A DNA stretch of 64,000 nucleotides. It comes from Histomonas meleagridis 2922-C6/04-290x (Eukaryota; Protista; Parabasalia). Of this stretch, positions 32,308 to 42,633 are shown piece by piece (positions within the stretch are counted from its first letter, which is position 1; the number at the start of each line of letters is the position of its first letter). The position numbers and the translations under genes are program-made. The notes beneath the pieces are model-generated. The model worked only from the letters and a program-made list of their open reading frames with translations. It had not been told where the DNA came from and searched no databases. The stretch is taken from positions 434,001 through 498,000 of the forward strand of contig JAANOX010000278.1 of assembly GCA_020184695.1 (NCBI GenBank), written 5' to 3'.

Positions 32308-33279
32308 TTATTCAACCATAAACACAAAGTTTCGATCTACTGATGTCAAAATCAAATTAACAAGTAAAAACACAGAAAATCCAATAAAACTTACAATGAT
32401 ATCTCCTCTCAAGTAATCACCCAAGTTATCTTTCTCTTTGTTATCTGAAATCGTGGGAATCAAAGCGTCGTATTTGTTTTCTTCTGATGTGATCTTAAAC
32501 GGTTTCCAATCAGATTTCAGCCAATTTATTGATTTGCGCGTGAAACCAAAATGAATGTACAGGAGAGCAAATATTATCATTACAGTAGTACATCTGATTA
32601 CTATGTTAAGGGAACTTCTTCCAACAGGTTCGGTAAATTTATATTGCGATAATCGAAAACCAAATAATGAATATAAAATAATGGTCATAACAATCGCTAT
32701 GACGGGAATCCCTATCGGTGGAATAAGGAAGAAAAAGGAAATAATCCAAATCCCACAAAAAACACTAACAAAAATTTGTAATATTGAGGAATATTCAAAT
32801 AGGATAACTAAGCAGTAAAATACAACAAAAACTGTGGAAGCAATTCGAAGAGCTATTTTGTTACCAATTTTTAAAGACCAAATCATTTGACAAAAAATCA
32901 TAAGAACAAGAATTTCTGTGTTTGGTGTACGAGAACTGTGCTCTAATGCTGTGTAATCCCTTCCATTCCACTCTACACAAGGTGGACTTTGTTGGATTGA
33001 AAGATGAAATAATGATGCAATTGAAAATGAGAAGCCGAGTAAAAATACATATCTTATTATATTTTCGCGAAGTTGGTTGTAGATACCTTGTAATTTTTTC
33101 TGTGAACCATATCCATAAAGAGAGAAAAGAAGTGGAAATGAAATCAACATTATGAAGCAAACCAAAAGAATAATATCAAAATTTAGACGTGTCCCAATGG
33201 ATAAAATGACAGCTGATGTGAACCCAGCGTCAGTATGAAAACAATCATCAAATGCAAAATCAGAAGAACTAAATAACAT
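32308..33279 (-). CDS. Multi-pass membrane protein, remotely PAP2-like
   Basis: About 8 TM segments, with a PPC...PN loop where PAP2 motifs would sit. First ATG at 33279; the ORF track start is TTG. Confidence 0.5.
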   Translation of the reverse strand: MLFSSSDFAFDDCFHTDAGFTSAVILSIGTRLNFDIILLVCFIMLISFPLLFSLYGYGSQKKLQGIYNQLRENIIRYVFLLGFSFSIASLFHLSIQQSPPCVEWNGRDYTALEHSSRTPNTEILVLMIFCQMIWSLKIGNKIALRIASTVFVVFYCLVILFEYSSILQIFVSVFCGIWIISFFFLIPPIGIPVIAIVMTIILYSLFGFRLSQYKFTEPVGRSSLNIVIRCTTVMIIFALLYIHFGFTRKSINWLKSDWKPFKITSEENKYDALIPTISDNKEKDNLGDYLRGDIIVSFIGFSVFLLVNLILTSVDRNFVFMVE

Positions 33280-33457
33280 CTGACATATGATATGAAAAAA
33301 TTTCAAAAAAAAGTTTTCAAAGAACTGATTGAATATATTCAATGCATTAAATGACAGTATTGTTTTCGCTCAATATTTTTTGACATTTCTATAAATCGTT
33401 TTGTTGCTGTTTTGTCTTTTCTTTTCATTTAAAGTTCCAATACGAAATTTTTTTCAC

Positions 33458-34156
33458 ATGATTAACAGAGCTGCTTTCAATGCAAGAGTATTTGCTTATA
33501 ACAAAAATTATTTAATTAAAAAAATCAAATCGATTTTTAGTAAGCAGAATAACATCTTAAAAAATCTTCCTCAAGAAACGCCAATACAACCTATGCATTC
33601 AAATACGCCAGATGTTACACCAGAACCAATAAATGAAATTGAAACTAACGAAATTGAAGCCAATGAAACTATAATCAATGAAAACACAACAGAAACTCAC
33701 ATAGAGGAAGAAGTTCTTCCTCCAAAAAATTTCACAAGGATTTCATCTTGTATATCAAAGATAAATTCATGTTTTGGAAGCGAGAAAGTTAGTGATTTTC
33801 TTGAATTCATCAGACCATTCTTCAATTCTTTGAAATACACAAGTGTTGGTAAGAAGAATGACTTCTGGTCAATTGAAGGAACTCCAGCCAATTTCAAAAT
33901 CAAATTTCCAAAAACACAAATTTCTGGATTTGAAATTATCAAGCAAAACAGGAGTTGTGAAATTGAGCTGTTTGATTTAAGCACAAACATTGATGGAGAA
34001 AAAATTATTCTTTTAAAGAACCAATATCTTGAATCATCCACCAACTTCACATTTTCCAAACCGGTTCTCACAGATAATCTTAACCTATATGCAATACAGA
34101 CCAAAGAAAATAATTTTACATGTCTTTATAACTATAACATTTTGATTGAACAATAA
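33458..34156 (+). CDS. Divergent SUN-domain-like protein
   Basis: C-terminal FWSIEG...IKF...ISGFEI and NFTCLYNYNI resemble SUN-domain motifs (CW.F.G, YTC.YR). The 5' end is uncertain. Confidence 0.5.
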   Translation: MINRAAFNARVFAYNKNYLIKKIKSIFSKQNNILKNLPQETPIQPMHSNTPDVTPEPINEIETNEIEANETIINENTTETHIEEEVLPPKNFTRISSCISKINSCFGSEKVSDFLEFIRPFFNSLKYTSVGKKNDFWSIEGTPANFKIKFPKTQISGFEIIKQNRSCEIELFDLSTNIDGEKIILLKNQYLESSTNFTFSKPVLTDNLNLYAIQTKENNFTCLYNYNILIEQ

Positions 34157-34220
34157 AACTTTCAATTCTTAACATGTCATTGTTAATTGATAAAAAATAA
34201 AAATGTCAAATTTGAATTAT

Positions 34221-34808
34221 TTACTCTTTCTTTTCTTCTTTATCTTTTTCCATCTTCTCGATTTGTTCCTTGTTGATTTGACGAGCTTCTTCGAATTTCT
34301 TCTTGAATTCTTGTGTGATTTCTGCTGTCTTGAAACGAACAGAAAGAACATCATGGGATTCAGTTCCATCAGCAAAATCAGTAGCAGTCCAAATCAAAGC
34401 ACGTTCGTTACCAGCGTGTGACTTAAGTTCCATCTGTGGAAGGATGTAATGATTTGCACAAACGCGGAATGTTTGGTTACGCCTCATTAAAATACGGCAT
34501 CTTCCTGTTTCTTTGCTCTTAAGGATTTTGATAAAGCCAACGCCACGTTCCTTCCATTCTTTGCTTGTTGAATCGAAACGGTAAAGAATTGCCTTATCAC
34601 CGAAAAGCTTGTCTTCTCCTGCATCTGGGTCTTCTTGTTCAACTGTTGAAGGGGCTTCTTTATGGCTATCATCTACAGCGTTTGCATCATCTTGAGCTTG
34701 TGTTGTTGTAGCTGGAGTTGCAATAACTGGTATTGTTGGTGTTGTTGTAGCTGGTTTCTCTGCTTCAGGTGTAGCTGGTGTTGTTGGTGTTTTGTCTGCT
34801 TCAGACAT
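34221..34808 (-). CDS. RANBP1: Ran-binding protein 1 (RanBD)
   Basis: LYRFD...EWKERGVG..KILK...RILMRR.QT..VCANH, W...DFADG and FKKKFEEA. Confidence 0.92.
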   Translation of the reverse strand: MSEADKTPTTPATPEAEKPATTTPTIPVIATPATTTQAQDDANAVDDSHKEAPSTVEQEDPDAGEDKLFGDKAILYRFDSTSKEWKERGVGFIKILKSKETGRCRILMRRNQTFRVCANHYILPQMELKSHAGNERALIWTATDFADGTESHDVLSVRFKTAEITQEFKKKFEEARQINKEQIEKMEKDKEEKKE

Positions 34809-34811
34809 TTT

Positions 34812-34837
34812 AATGTGAACGACCATGTATAACCGCC
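34812..34837 (-). promoter_or_regulatory. Core promoter: M3-like GGCGGTT plus Inr-like TCACATT
   Basis: Minus strand reads ggcggtt...tcacattaaaATG, matching Trichomonas core-promoter motifs. Confidence 0.55.
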
Positions 34838-34923
34838 AGTAAACGATCAAATCTTCCTGAAACAAAGTGACACGAAAATAAAACATTGAAAAACGATTAT
34901 TTTGAATATAAATTTTAGTAATA

Positions 34924-37900
34924 TTACTTCCAACGCTGGCGAAGTTGTGTGAGCCGATTCTTCAGCTCAAGGAAATTTTTAGCTTGTGTTGTGTTCGTCC
35001 GAGTATTTTGTTGTTCGTCTGTCTTTGTTGATGTGGTAGGTTGAGTATCTGTATTTGTAGGTTTTGGGGCAGTTTTCCTGGGGGAAGTCAACTGCTTTGT
35101 TACATTGTTCGGCTTTGTGTCACTTGTCTTTTGTAGTGATGAGTTCAACGGCTGAGAAGTATTTGTAGCTTTTAATGGGGATTTAGGAAGTGTTACTTTA
35201 GTTGAGCTCGAAACATTTGTTTTATTAGTTGTACTCATTGTTGTTGTAGTTACTGTCTGTGCTTTCTTTTTATTTGTCAATGAATTAATTAACGCATTAC
35301 ATAGTTTCGATCGAATGTCATCATGATTAAATTCTTTCATTTTATCTTTTGCAAATGTAATCACTCTTTGGATATCTGACTGCTGTTGCATGTCTTTAAG
35401 CTGATTAGCCAAAGCTACCCAACATTTACAATAAAATGAATCTGTAGGAATGGTTCCTCTAAAATTGCTCATTCCGCCGAGTAAACCATTGAATATTTCT
35501 ATCGGCGGCAATTTATTAAATAATTTGAAAATGATCGAATTCGTTGCTTGAGAAATACCTTCCATTAACACCAATTTTCTTTGCCATCTATTTGCAATGA
35601 AGGTCACTGCAAGTAATATTTTTATTAATTCTTCTTGATCAAAATTACAATAAATTATCATTTGATGAATCGCAATCATTACAAATTTCATTGAGACCCA
35701 ATCAGTATCACTTGATAATAATTCATAAAGTAATGAATTTAGAATTACATTACTTTTATCAATTATTGCTTTAGAATTAAGTTTCAATTGTTCTAATAAA
35801 TTTCGACATAATTTAATTTTCTTAACAGAATCCATTTTCGAAAAAGAAGTGAAATCTAAATCATTCGACATATCAATTGGAATTACTGATCTTGCAAGTT
35901 CTCTTTGATTTGGTGTCAATGATTTTATAAATTGTTCTTTTTCTGGTTTTGTCATTTTTCGATAAAGCATTGAAAGAGCGCCGCTACATGCAGCAGCTAC
36001 TTCAATAGATTTATGATCAACATAATTGATTATTTCTAAAAATATGGATGAGTTATTGTCATTATTTCCAATGGCAAATTGTAATTCATTAAAAAGATGT
36101 ACAAGTGATGTGGCATTACAAACATTAAGACATGAGCGGAGAACGTTAGAGTACTCTGATGGTTCTGAGTGCGTTCTCACGAAGAAAAGAAGGTCTAAAG
36201 AAGAACCAACAACTTGTGGAGGCTTCGATTCAATGCTCCAAAGAATAACAGGAACAAGAGATTCAATCTCTTGTTGTGAAATTAATTCTTCTTCAAAAAT
36301 GGTCATAAGAAAGTTAACACCTTCAACTATAACCTTGACATTCTTATCGAAAAATCGTGTTGATACCCAACGAACATATAAATCACTACATTGGAAAAAT
36401 GTGGATTGATCAGATTCATATAAAGAACGACTTTCATTAAGACTTTCAATTTGATCTGGTAAAAGACTAGAAAACATTTTGTCAAATATTGACTGAGGTA
36501 GAATTTGTTGTGCTTCTGCTTTTAATTTTCCAATAATTGTTGTGACATTTTGACGATTTGATATTAAAAACAATCCAAGATTTGGTTGTTGTGATTTTAG
36601 GCGTTTTATCTTTTTTGCTTGTGTTGGTGTAGAAATATATTTTGGGACATATATTTCTTTTTCTTTAACTTCTTGTTTTTCTTCATTAATGTTATTTTGT
36701 GCTTCTGCTTTATTTTGAACTACTGAACCTCTTCTATTTGGTTTCTTCGGTGATTGTGGTTGTGTATCTTTAGTTTCTTGTTTTTCTTTTTGTCTTTGGT
36801 TATTTTGGGGCGCCTCATCCTTAACGTTCTCCATGTGAGCGTTTATGTATCGTTGAGAAGCACTTGGCAAATTTTTAAGTGCTGCATTAAAAGAATCTGG
36901 AATTTCTTGTTTAATACAAGAAGCTACTTGTATAGCAATTTGTCTAGTTGAAGACACTCTATCTTCTAAACATTGTAAAGTAAAAGGTATTAATTTTTCC
37001 ATTTCATTTTGAGGTATTTCATTAATATGTGATCGAATCCATTTAATAATTTCAAGTCTAATATCAGGATTCGGCTTAAATGAAATGTTTGCAAATGATC
37101 TAACAAAAGGAGAAGGGGTTGCATGAACACAATAAGCATTAATTGTTTTTGTAGCTTGTTCTCTAATATTTGGTCTTTGATCAGCCCAATTTGTAACAAT
37201 TGCAGGTGCAATTGTATTAACATATTTTGATATACCTTTATCAGAAGCATTAGCGATTTGTTCTAAAACAGATAAAGTCCTTAAGACAAGATTCTTATTA
37301 CCATCGCCTAAATATTTCTTTAAAATTTTCATTAAATGATCTAAATCATTTGATGAAATTTGCTTGCATTTATTTAATGCTGTTTCAACATTTTCGATAA
37401 ATTCTTTTTGTCCTGCCCATTTAGTTGCATTTTCTCCTTCTTTTAGTTGTTCTTCTGTTAAAAATTTGGACATTTTTACTCTTACAATATTTGCTTCAAG
37501 TGGTTTATTTTTCGATGTATTTCTTTGCCGATAAAATGTTTTTAATGGTTCAGGTAAATCTTTTGCTGTTTCGAAATCTTTTTTAAGTCTAATTAATGCA
37601 TGTTCTGGTAAACCGGTTAAATAACTTTCGAAATTTTGACCAAAATATTTATATAAATATTTTGCAACAAGTGAAGCAGGTGTTTTTACTTCTGGTGTTT
37701 TATGTTGTAATAATGTAATCAAATAAGGAAAGAAATCTTTTTGTATATCACCTACACCGAATTGTTGTATAATTTCGATACATATATCTAATGCCGATTT
37801 AATTGTTGCTGAACTTAAACTTTTTACTCCTCTATTAGTACTACAAATTTCAAAAACTTGTTGAAGGACAAACGAAGGACATATTAACTCTGATATAATA

Positions 37901-39558
37901 AGAAGTAAATCATGAATTGGTTGTTTAAGTTGTCGCATTGATAATTTTTCGATAAGATATGGAAATATGATTGATAAAATACTTTTTCGTATTTTGTTCG
38001 ATTTAACAATTACATGTCGAATTATATCAATTATTACTTGGTTAACTCCAATGTTTGATTGATTAAATCCCGGTATTTTCTCTAATCCACGAATAATCGC
38101 ATCGCTAAGATCATTTAAATCTTTATATGTCGATAATTTATCTTGTAAATCATTTAAGCCGGAAATCTTTTGCTTAAAATTAGAATTTGATAGTTTCGAT
38201 TGGATTTCACTTGTTATAAATTGATTCCAATTTGATAATGAAGCATCTTTTGGTATAGTGGAATCAAAGTTGGTGTCTTTTTCGGTGTCGTTTTGTATTT
38301 GTAAAGGTGGAAGTGGTAATGATAGTATTTTTGGTGTGATAACTTCTTCGCTTTTATTGATGGATGCTGATGGTGCTGGAGCTGGAGTTGGCTGCGTTGC
38401 ACTTGTGGTTTTCATTGGTGAATTTTGCATTCGTGTGCTGGCTTTAAACGCTGATGCATCATCCAAAATGTTATCGAAATTGTAATCTGCTTTTGGAACT
38501 TCAATTTCTTCATCTTCTGTTGTTTCTTTTGGTGTGCTTCTTCTAACATTTCTCTTTGGCTGTGTTTGAACTTTTGGTTGTGTTTGAGCATTCGCTGGTT
38601 TCATTGGAGAGTTCTGCATCTTTGTGCTGGCTTTAAACGCTGATGCATCGTCCAAAATATTATCATAATCATAATCCGCTTTTGGAACTTCTATTTCTTC
38701 ATCTTCTGTTGTTTCTTTTGGAATGCTTCTTCTAACATTTCTCTTTGGCTGTGTTTGAACATTTGCTGGCTTCATTGGGGAGTTCTGCATCTTTGTGCTG
38801 GCTTTAAACGCTGATGCATCGTCCAAAATATTATCATAATCATAATCCGCTTTTGGAACTTCTATTTCATCTTCTGTTGTTTCTTTTGGTATATTTCGTT
38901 TGATATTTCGTTTTGGCTTTGCTTGTGTAGTTTTTGGTGAATTTTGTATGCGATTACTTGATTTAAATGCTGATGCGTCATCTTTTATTTGTTCGAATTT
39001 ATATTCTTTTTGTGGTATATTAATATCTTCATCATTTTTGTCTTTTATTTGAAGATTTTGATTCGGTTTTCGTGGCAGCTTCGGTGAGTTTTGCATTAGT
39101 AGACTCGGTTTAGATGGAAAAACTTCATCATTTAAATTATCAAAATCGTACTCTTTTTGAGGAACCTCAATTTCGTCATCATCAATAATCTTTTCTTTCG
39201 GAACATTCATTCGAATGTTTTTTCTTACATTTCTTTTTGGTTGTTGTTGTATCTTTGGGGAATTTTGCATTAAAGTACTTGATTTGAAGGCAGCAGCTTC
39301 ATCATTTAGATTATCAAAATTATAGCCTCTTTTTGGAACTTCTATTTCTTCGTTTTCGGTTTTTCTATTTTGAGATATGTTTTTTTCCTTTGATTGAATT
39401 GGCGAATTCATTACTTTAGTTGATTTTGTTGTTGGAAAAGCATCTTCTGTGAATGACTCTGGATAATAACCAGGTGGAGGATCATTTATTTCTGGACTAT
39501 CCAAAGATGTTGTTGATTTCTTCATGTTTTTCTGCAATTTTAAACGGACGTACTTCAT
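34924..39558 (-). CDS. XMAP215/ch-TOG/Dis1-family microtubule polymerase with an N-terminal repeat region
   Basis: HEAT/TOG blocks (SNFKQKISGL, GFNQSN..V, KW..QKE, LYVRWVSTRFFDKN resembling TOG5) and an S/T-rich tail. Confidence 0.85.
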   Translation of the reverse strand: MKYVRLKLQKNMKKSTTSLDSPEINDPPPGYYPESFTEDAFPTTKSTKVMNSPIQSKEKNISQNRKTENEEIEVPKRGYNFDNLNDEAAAFKSSTLMQNSPKIQQQPKRNVRKNIRMNVPKEKIIDDDEIEVPQKEYDFDNLNDEVFPSKPSLLMQNSPKLPRKPNQNLQIKDKNDEDINIPQKEYKFEQIKDDASAFKSSNRIQNSPKTTQAKPKRNIKRNIPKETTEDEIEVPKADYDYDNILDDASAFKASTKMQNSPMKPANVQTQPKRNVRRSIPKETTEDEEIEVPKADYDYDNILDDASAFKASTKMQNSPMKPANAQTQPKVQTQPKRNVRRSTPKETTEDEEIEVPKADYNFDNILDDASAFKASTRMQNSPMKTTSATQPTPAPAPSASINKSEEVITPKILSLPLPPLQIQNDTEKDTNFDSTIPKDASLSNWNQFITSEIQSKLSNSNFKQKISGLNDLQDKLSTYKDLNDLSDAIIRGLEKIPGFNQSNIGVNQVIIDIIRHVIVKSNKIRKSILSIIFPYLIEKLSMRQLKQPIHDLLLIISELICPSFVLQQVFEICSTNRGVKSLSSATIKSALDICIEIIQQFGVGDIQKDFFPYLITLLQHKTPEVKTPASLVAKYLYKYFGQNFESYLTGLPEHALIRLKKDFETAKDLPEPLKTFYRQRNTSKNKPLEANIVRVKMSKFLTEEQLKEGENATKWAGQKEFIENVETALNKCKQISSNDLDHLMKILKKYLGDGNKNLVLRTLSVLEQIANASDKGISKYVNTIAPAIVTNWADQRPNIREQATKTINAYCVHATPSPFVRSFANISFKPNPDIRLEIIKWIRSHINEIPQNEMEKLIPFTLQCLEDRVSSTRQIAIQVASCIKQEIPDSFNAALKNLPSASQRYINAHMENVKDEAPQNNQRQKEKQETKDTQPQSPKKPNRRGSVVQNKAEAQNNINEEKQEVKEKEIYVPKYISTPTQAKKIKRLKSQQPNLGLFLISNRQNVTTIIGKLKAEAQQILPQSIFDKMFSSLLPDQIESLNESRSLYESDQSTFFQCSDLYVRWVSTRFFDKNVKVIVEGVNFLMTIFEEELISQQEIESLVPVILWSIESKPPQVVGSSLDLLFFVRTHSEPSEYSNVLRSCLNVCNATSLVHLFNELQFAIGNNDNNSSIFLEIINYVDHKSIEVAAACSGALSMLYRKMTKPEKEQFIKSLTPNQRELARSVIPIDMSNDLDFTSFSKMDSVKKIKLCRNLLEQLKLNSKAIIDKSNVILNSLLYELLSSDTDWVSMKFVMIAIHQMIIYCNFDQEELIKILLAVTFIANRWQRKLVLMEGISQATNSIIFKLFNKLPPIEIFNGLLGGMSNFRGTIPTDSFYCKCWVALANQLKDMQQQSDIQRVITFAKDKMKEFNHDDIRSKLCNALINSLTNKKKAQTVTTTTMSTTNKTNVSSSTKVTLPKSPLKATNTSQPLNSSLQKTSDTKPNNVTKQLTSPRKTAPKPTNTDTQPTTSTKTDEQQNTRTNTTQAKNFLELKNRLTQLRQRWK
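38409..39492 (-). repeat. Six clear plus one degenerate copy of EIEVPKxxY(N/D)FDNxxDDAxAFKxSxxMQNSP
   Basis: Visible in the translation; the last three copies are nearly identical at the DNA level (38409-38880). Confidence 0.92.
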
Positions 39559-40033
39559 ATAAAACGGTTAAAGATTCAATTTGATCCTGAAATGATTTCA
39601 GCATTTACGTTTCAGTAATTAAAGTTCTACATAAATAAATGTTAGTAAAAATTAGCTAATGAATTTGATGGTATATTGAAAGGAATATTAATAGATTTTG
39701 GTTAAAAAATTGATTAATTTTCAACAAGATCTAGGATTTTTACTACATATATAAATAAAAATAACGTGCTTTGTCATGAAAAAAATTATAATTGTGAATG
39801 TTATTAGGAATTAGTTTGTTTCGTATAGGAGAAGTCGAGTTGTTTATGATTAATTTTGATTACATTTTATTGATAACTTTCCTAAAAAGTGTCACTGATT
39901 CCTAAGCGACCGTTTATATGAATTATTAACATCCAACTGTTCAATTTTCTTGATGACCAATATTCTCACATGTTTAAGTTATGAGTATTAATTTCTTATA
40001 AATTAAAATAAAATATATTTTTTCAATAATAAT

Positions 40034-41299
40034 TTAAGCTAACAATTCTTTATTTATCTGTTCTTGATTTCTATTCCAATTCTTCATGAACATTATTATC
40101 AAAAAAATATAGGTAACGGCTTGGGTATAAATGAAAAATGATGTAAAAATTGAAAATATACCACCATAAAACAAACAAGCTATTACCCATGTGACAGTTT
40201 CCATTATCAAAGCCAAACTATTTATAGAGATTTCCAATTTTTGTAATAAACAAAGTTGAACTGATTCGAAATAAATTCCACATATATTAATTACAGGTAA
40301 AACCCATAATAAATAATAGCAAATCATAATTCCATAAGAATGTATATCGAAATATATATTTTTGTTATTATTATTATATGACCAAGTGATAGCTATATAA
40401 TTTTCAATTTGTGTTTCAGTATAAGGTAAAATTAAAGTTACTAATGTTAAAGTTATTATAAAAGTATAAACATGTATTGGAACTTTTCTTAACCTATTAT
40501 AAATATATAGAGGACCGAGAAAAATTTGTTTGTAAATTGAAATTAAATCGCTTCCTTCATAAAACATATAATTTTCAAATTCATCAAGTTCTTTCTTATA
40601 TGGAATCCACAGAGGAATTAAATTAAGTATTGTATCAAAAAGAAAAACAAATGCAAATGAACGTATAATATTTTCTGTATTTGAATTTTGCAATATTTTT
40701 ATAAAAAAATTAAATTCTTTATTTTCTTCAATTTTAAGTTTGTGTCTTCCATTTTTTAATGTAACATTTAGGGAATAAAGTATAATATTGTCTTTAAATT
40801 TTTTTGTCATCGGAATTTTGTAAACTTTTTTCCCTTTAGTTAACAATGTGAAATTTAATTCGTGGTTCGAGCATCCAATTACTTGTATGGTAAAATTGTT
40901 TTCATTAGGTATTTTGATTTTGCGAGATTGTATCAATGATGGAGAATGAAAAAAATTCGGTTCAAGTTTATTCATTATAGAACCATTTGTAATGTTATCA
41001 TAAATAAAAGTTATTGTTGATATATTTCTATTTTTTGATATAATTTTATATATATTTTCGATTCTAGCAGCATTTGAAGAATTGTCAAATTCAAGCATTT
41101 GAGCAAAATAAAATGGAATTTGAGGAAAACTTTTTTTATATAGAAAATGAATATAATGAACATTATTAATTGTTGATAATTTTGTTATGATAAAAGCACT
41201 TAAAAAGCAAATAATCAAAAAGATGATGTTTAAATAATGTGATAAAAAATATGGCAAATAACGAACATGATATTTTTTTTCGTTTGAGATCGCTTCCAT
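40034..41299 (-). CDS. TMEM62-like membrane protein (Ig-like plus C-terminal TM region), no phosphoesterase motifs visible
   Basis: N-terminal TM, beta-rich region (LKNGRHKLKI), LGPLYIYNRLRKVP...LILP...TWSY and further TM helices. ATG at 41299 follows an Inr-like TCACACTTCA. Confidence 0.45.
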   Translation of the reverse strand: MEAISNEKKYHVRYLPYFLSHYLNIIFLIICFLSAFIITKLSTINNVHYIHFLYKKSFPQIPFYFAQMLEFDNSSNAARIENIYKIISKNRNISTITFIYDNITNGSIMNKLEPNFFHSPSLIQSRKIKIPNENNFTIQVIGCSNHELNFTLLTKGKKVYKIPMTKKFKDNIILYSLNVTLKNGRHKLKIEENKEFNFFIKILQNSNTENIIRSFAFVFLFDTILNLIPLWIPYKKELDEFENYMFYEGSDLISIYKQIFLGPLYIYNRLRKVPIHVYTFIITLTLVTLILPYTETQIENYIAITWSYNNNNKNIYFDIHSYGIMICYYLLWVLPVINICGIYFESVQLCLLQKLEISINSLALIMETVTWVIACLFYGGIFSIFTSFFIYTQAVTYIFLIIMFMKNWNRNQEQINKELLA

Positions 41300-42608
41300 T
41301 AATGGTAAATCGATGAAGTGTGATTTGTGGAAACACCACCGGAGAACTTCCCTCAAATTGAGCACACTAAAATTTTTGAACGCACAATTTTTGAATTACT
41401 TTCAAATTTTTGAGTGAAAACCTTATTCAATTGAATTTTGAGCGGGTGCACAAAAATGGACAGTACGATAGAACTTTTTGAAAAGTCAATTTTCCACCGT
41501 TTTAACGTTTGTTTTTTTGAGCTTTGACAAATCTGTTTCGGTGACGGTTAACTCCAAAAGAAAGAAACAGAACTAAATCTAATTAGATTCACATGTAGGT
41601 GTAACATCTATATCAACAACATTTCATATTTTCTCGGATACAAAAAATATCTTTGCGATTACTTTGATTATATAGAATGTTTCATGAAACGGATAAAATT
41701 GCTAAGTTTTTAAATCAAGCATCTTTTAAGGTCTGTGGTACAACTTAAAAACGTTTGTATGTAAGGAATTACATTATGCGAGTACAATTTTTTTGTCATT
41801 AAAAAAGATACCATATTAAGGTTATTAATAAAGTGTTACACTAAAAGCCAATGAAACTATGTACATTAGGCTTTCTAATTTACATGTGTTTTCTCTTTTG
41901 GAAAAGTTCATCAAATTAGCATATAATTTTATCAATTGATTTGTCTAACAATTTAATGAAAAGAGTATTTTTCCAGGATACTTTGTATGTGTGGTGTAGG
42001 CGAGTCTTTCAAATCAGTGCTGATTTTTTTCAATAAAGTTTCTCAGACTAAACTTTCGTATTCACTTCGTTACAACTTTACAGTAAATTTCGTTTTGTTG
42101 AAAGAAGAGAAATCAATGAAGTTAAGTAAACTGTGAGTACTTGTTCATCCTGAGTCTCCTTTTTTGATATGAACTGACCGATCATCCAAACGAAATTTTT
42201 TCAATGCTTTTCATTGAAAAAGGAAATTATTCTGTTGTTTATTTTATCACCGAAATAAAAAACACTGAAATCGAAAGTAAATTTCTGAATTATTGCTAAT
42301 GAAACTTTTTCCCTAACAACATCCTTCATCAACATTGTTAAATTGTAATAACACCACCCACTAAGAAAATGCGGTTTTGGCTCAAAGTGAAAGATGAAAA
42401 TGTTAGTTGTCCATTTTTAAATTCAATGCTTCAAAAATTTAGAAAACAATATTATGTAATTAACAAGCATGAAAAGTAATGCTCCCTTATTTTATGAACC
42501 CGTTTTAATTTGTGGGTTGCAAAAAAGGATCTTATGTAACTTTAAAATTTGAAAAAAACGTTTTTGTATTTCTTCTCCCCATTGAAAGACGTTTAAAAGA
42601 CTATCGTT

Positions 42609-42629
42609 GACGGTTTTGGTCTGGCCTTT
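42609..42629 (+). promoter_or_regulatory. M3-like (GACGGTTT) and M5-like (CCTTT) core promoter elements
   Basis: Immediately upstream of the eS6 ATG. M5 is the motif described for Trichomonas ribosomal-protein genes. Confidence 0.6.
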
Positions 42630-42633
42630 GGTA

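Noticed and set aside
41500-42230. Coding-like fragments on the minus strand upstream of eS6 (similar fragments at 480-900)
   Set aside because: Many stops and no recognisable family motif; it cannot be told apart from intergenic DNA without a search.
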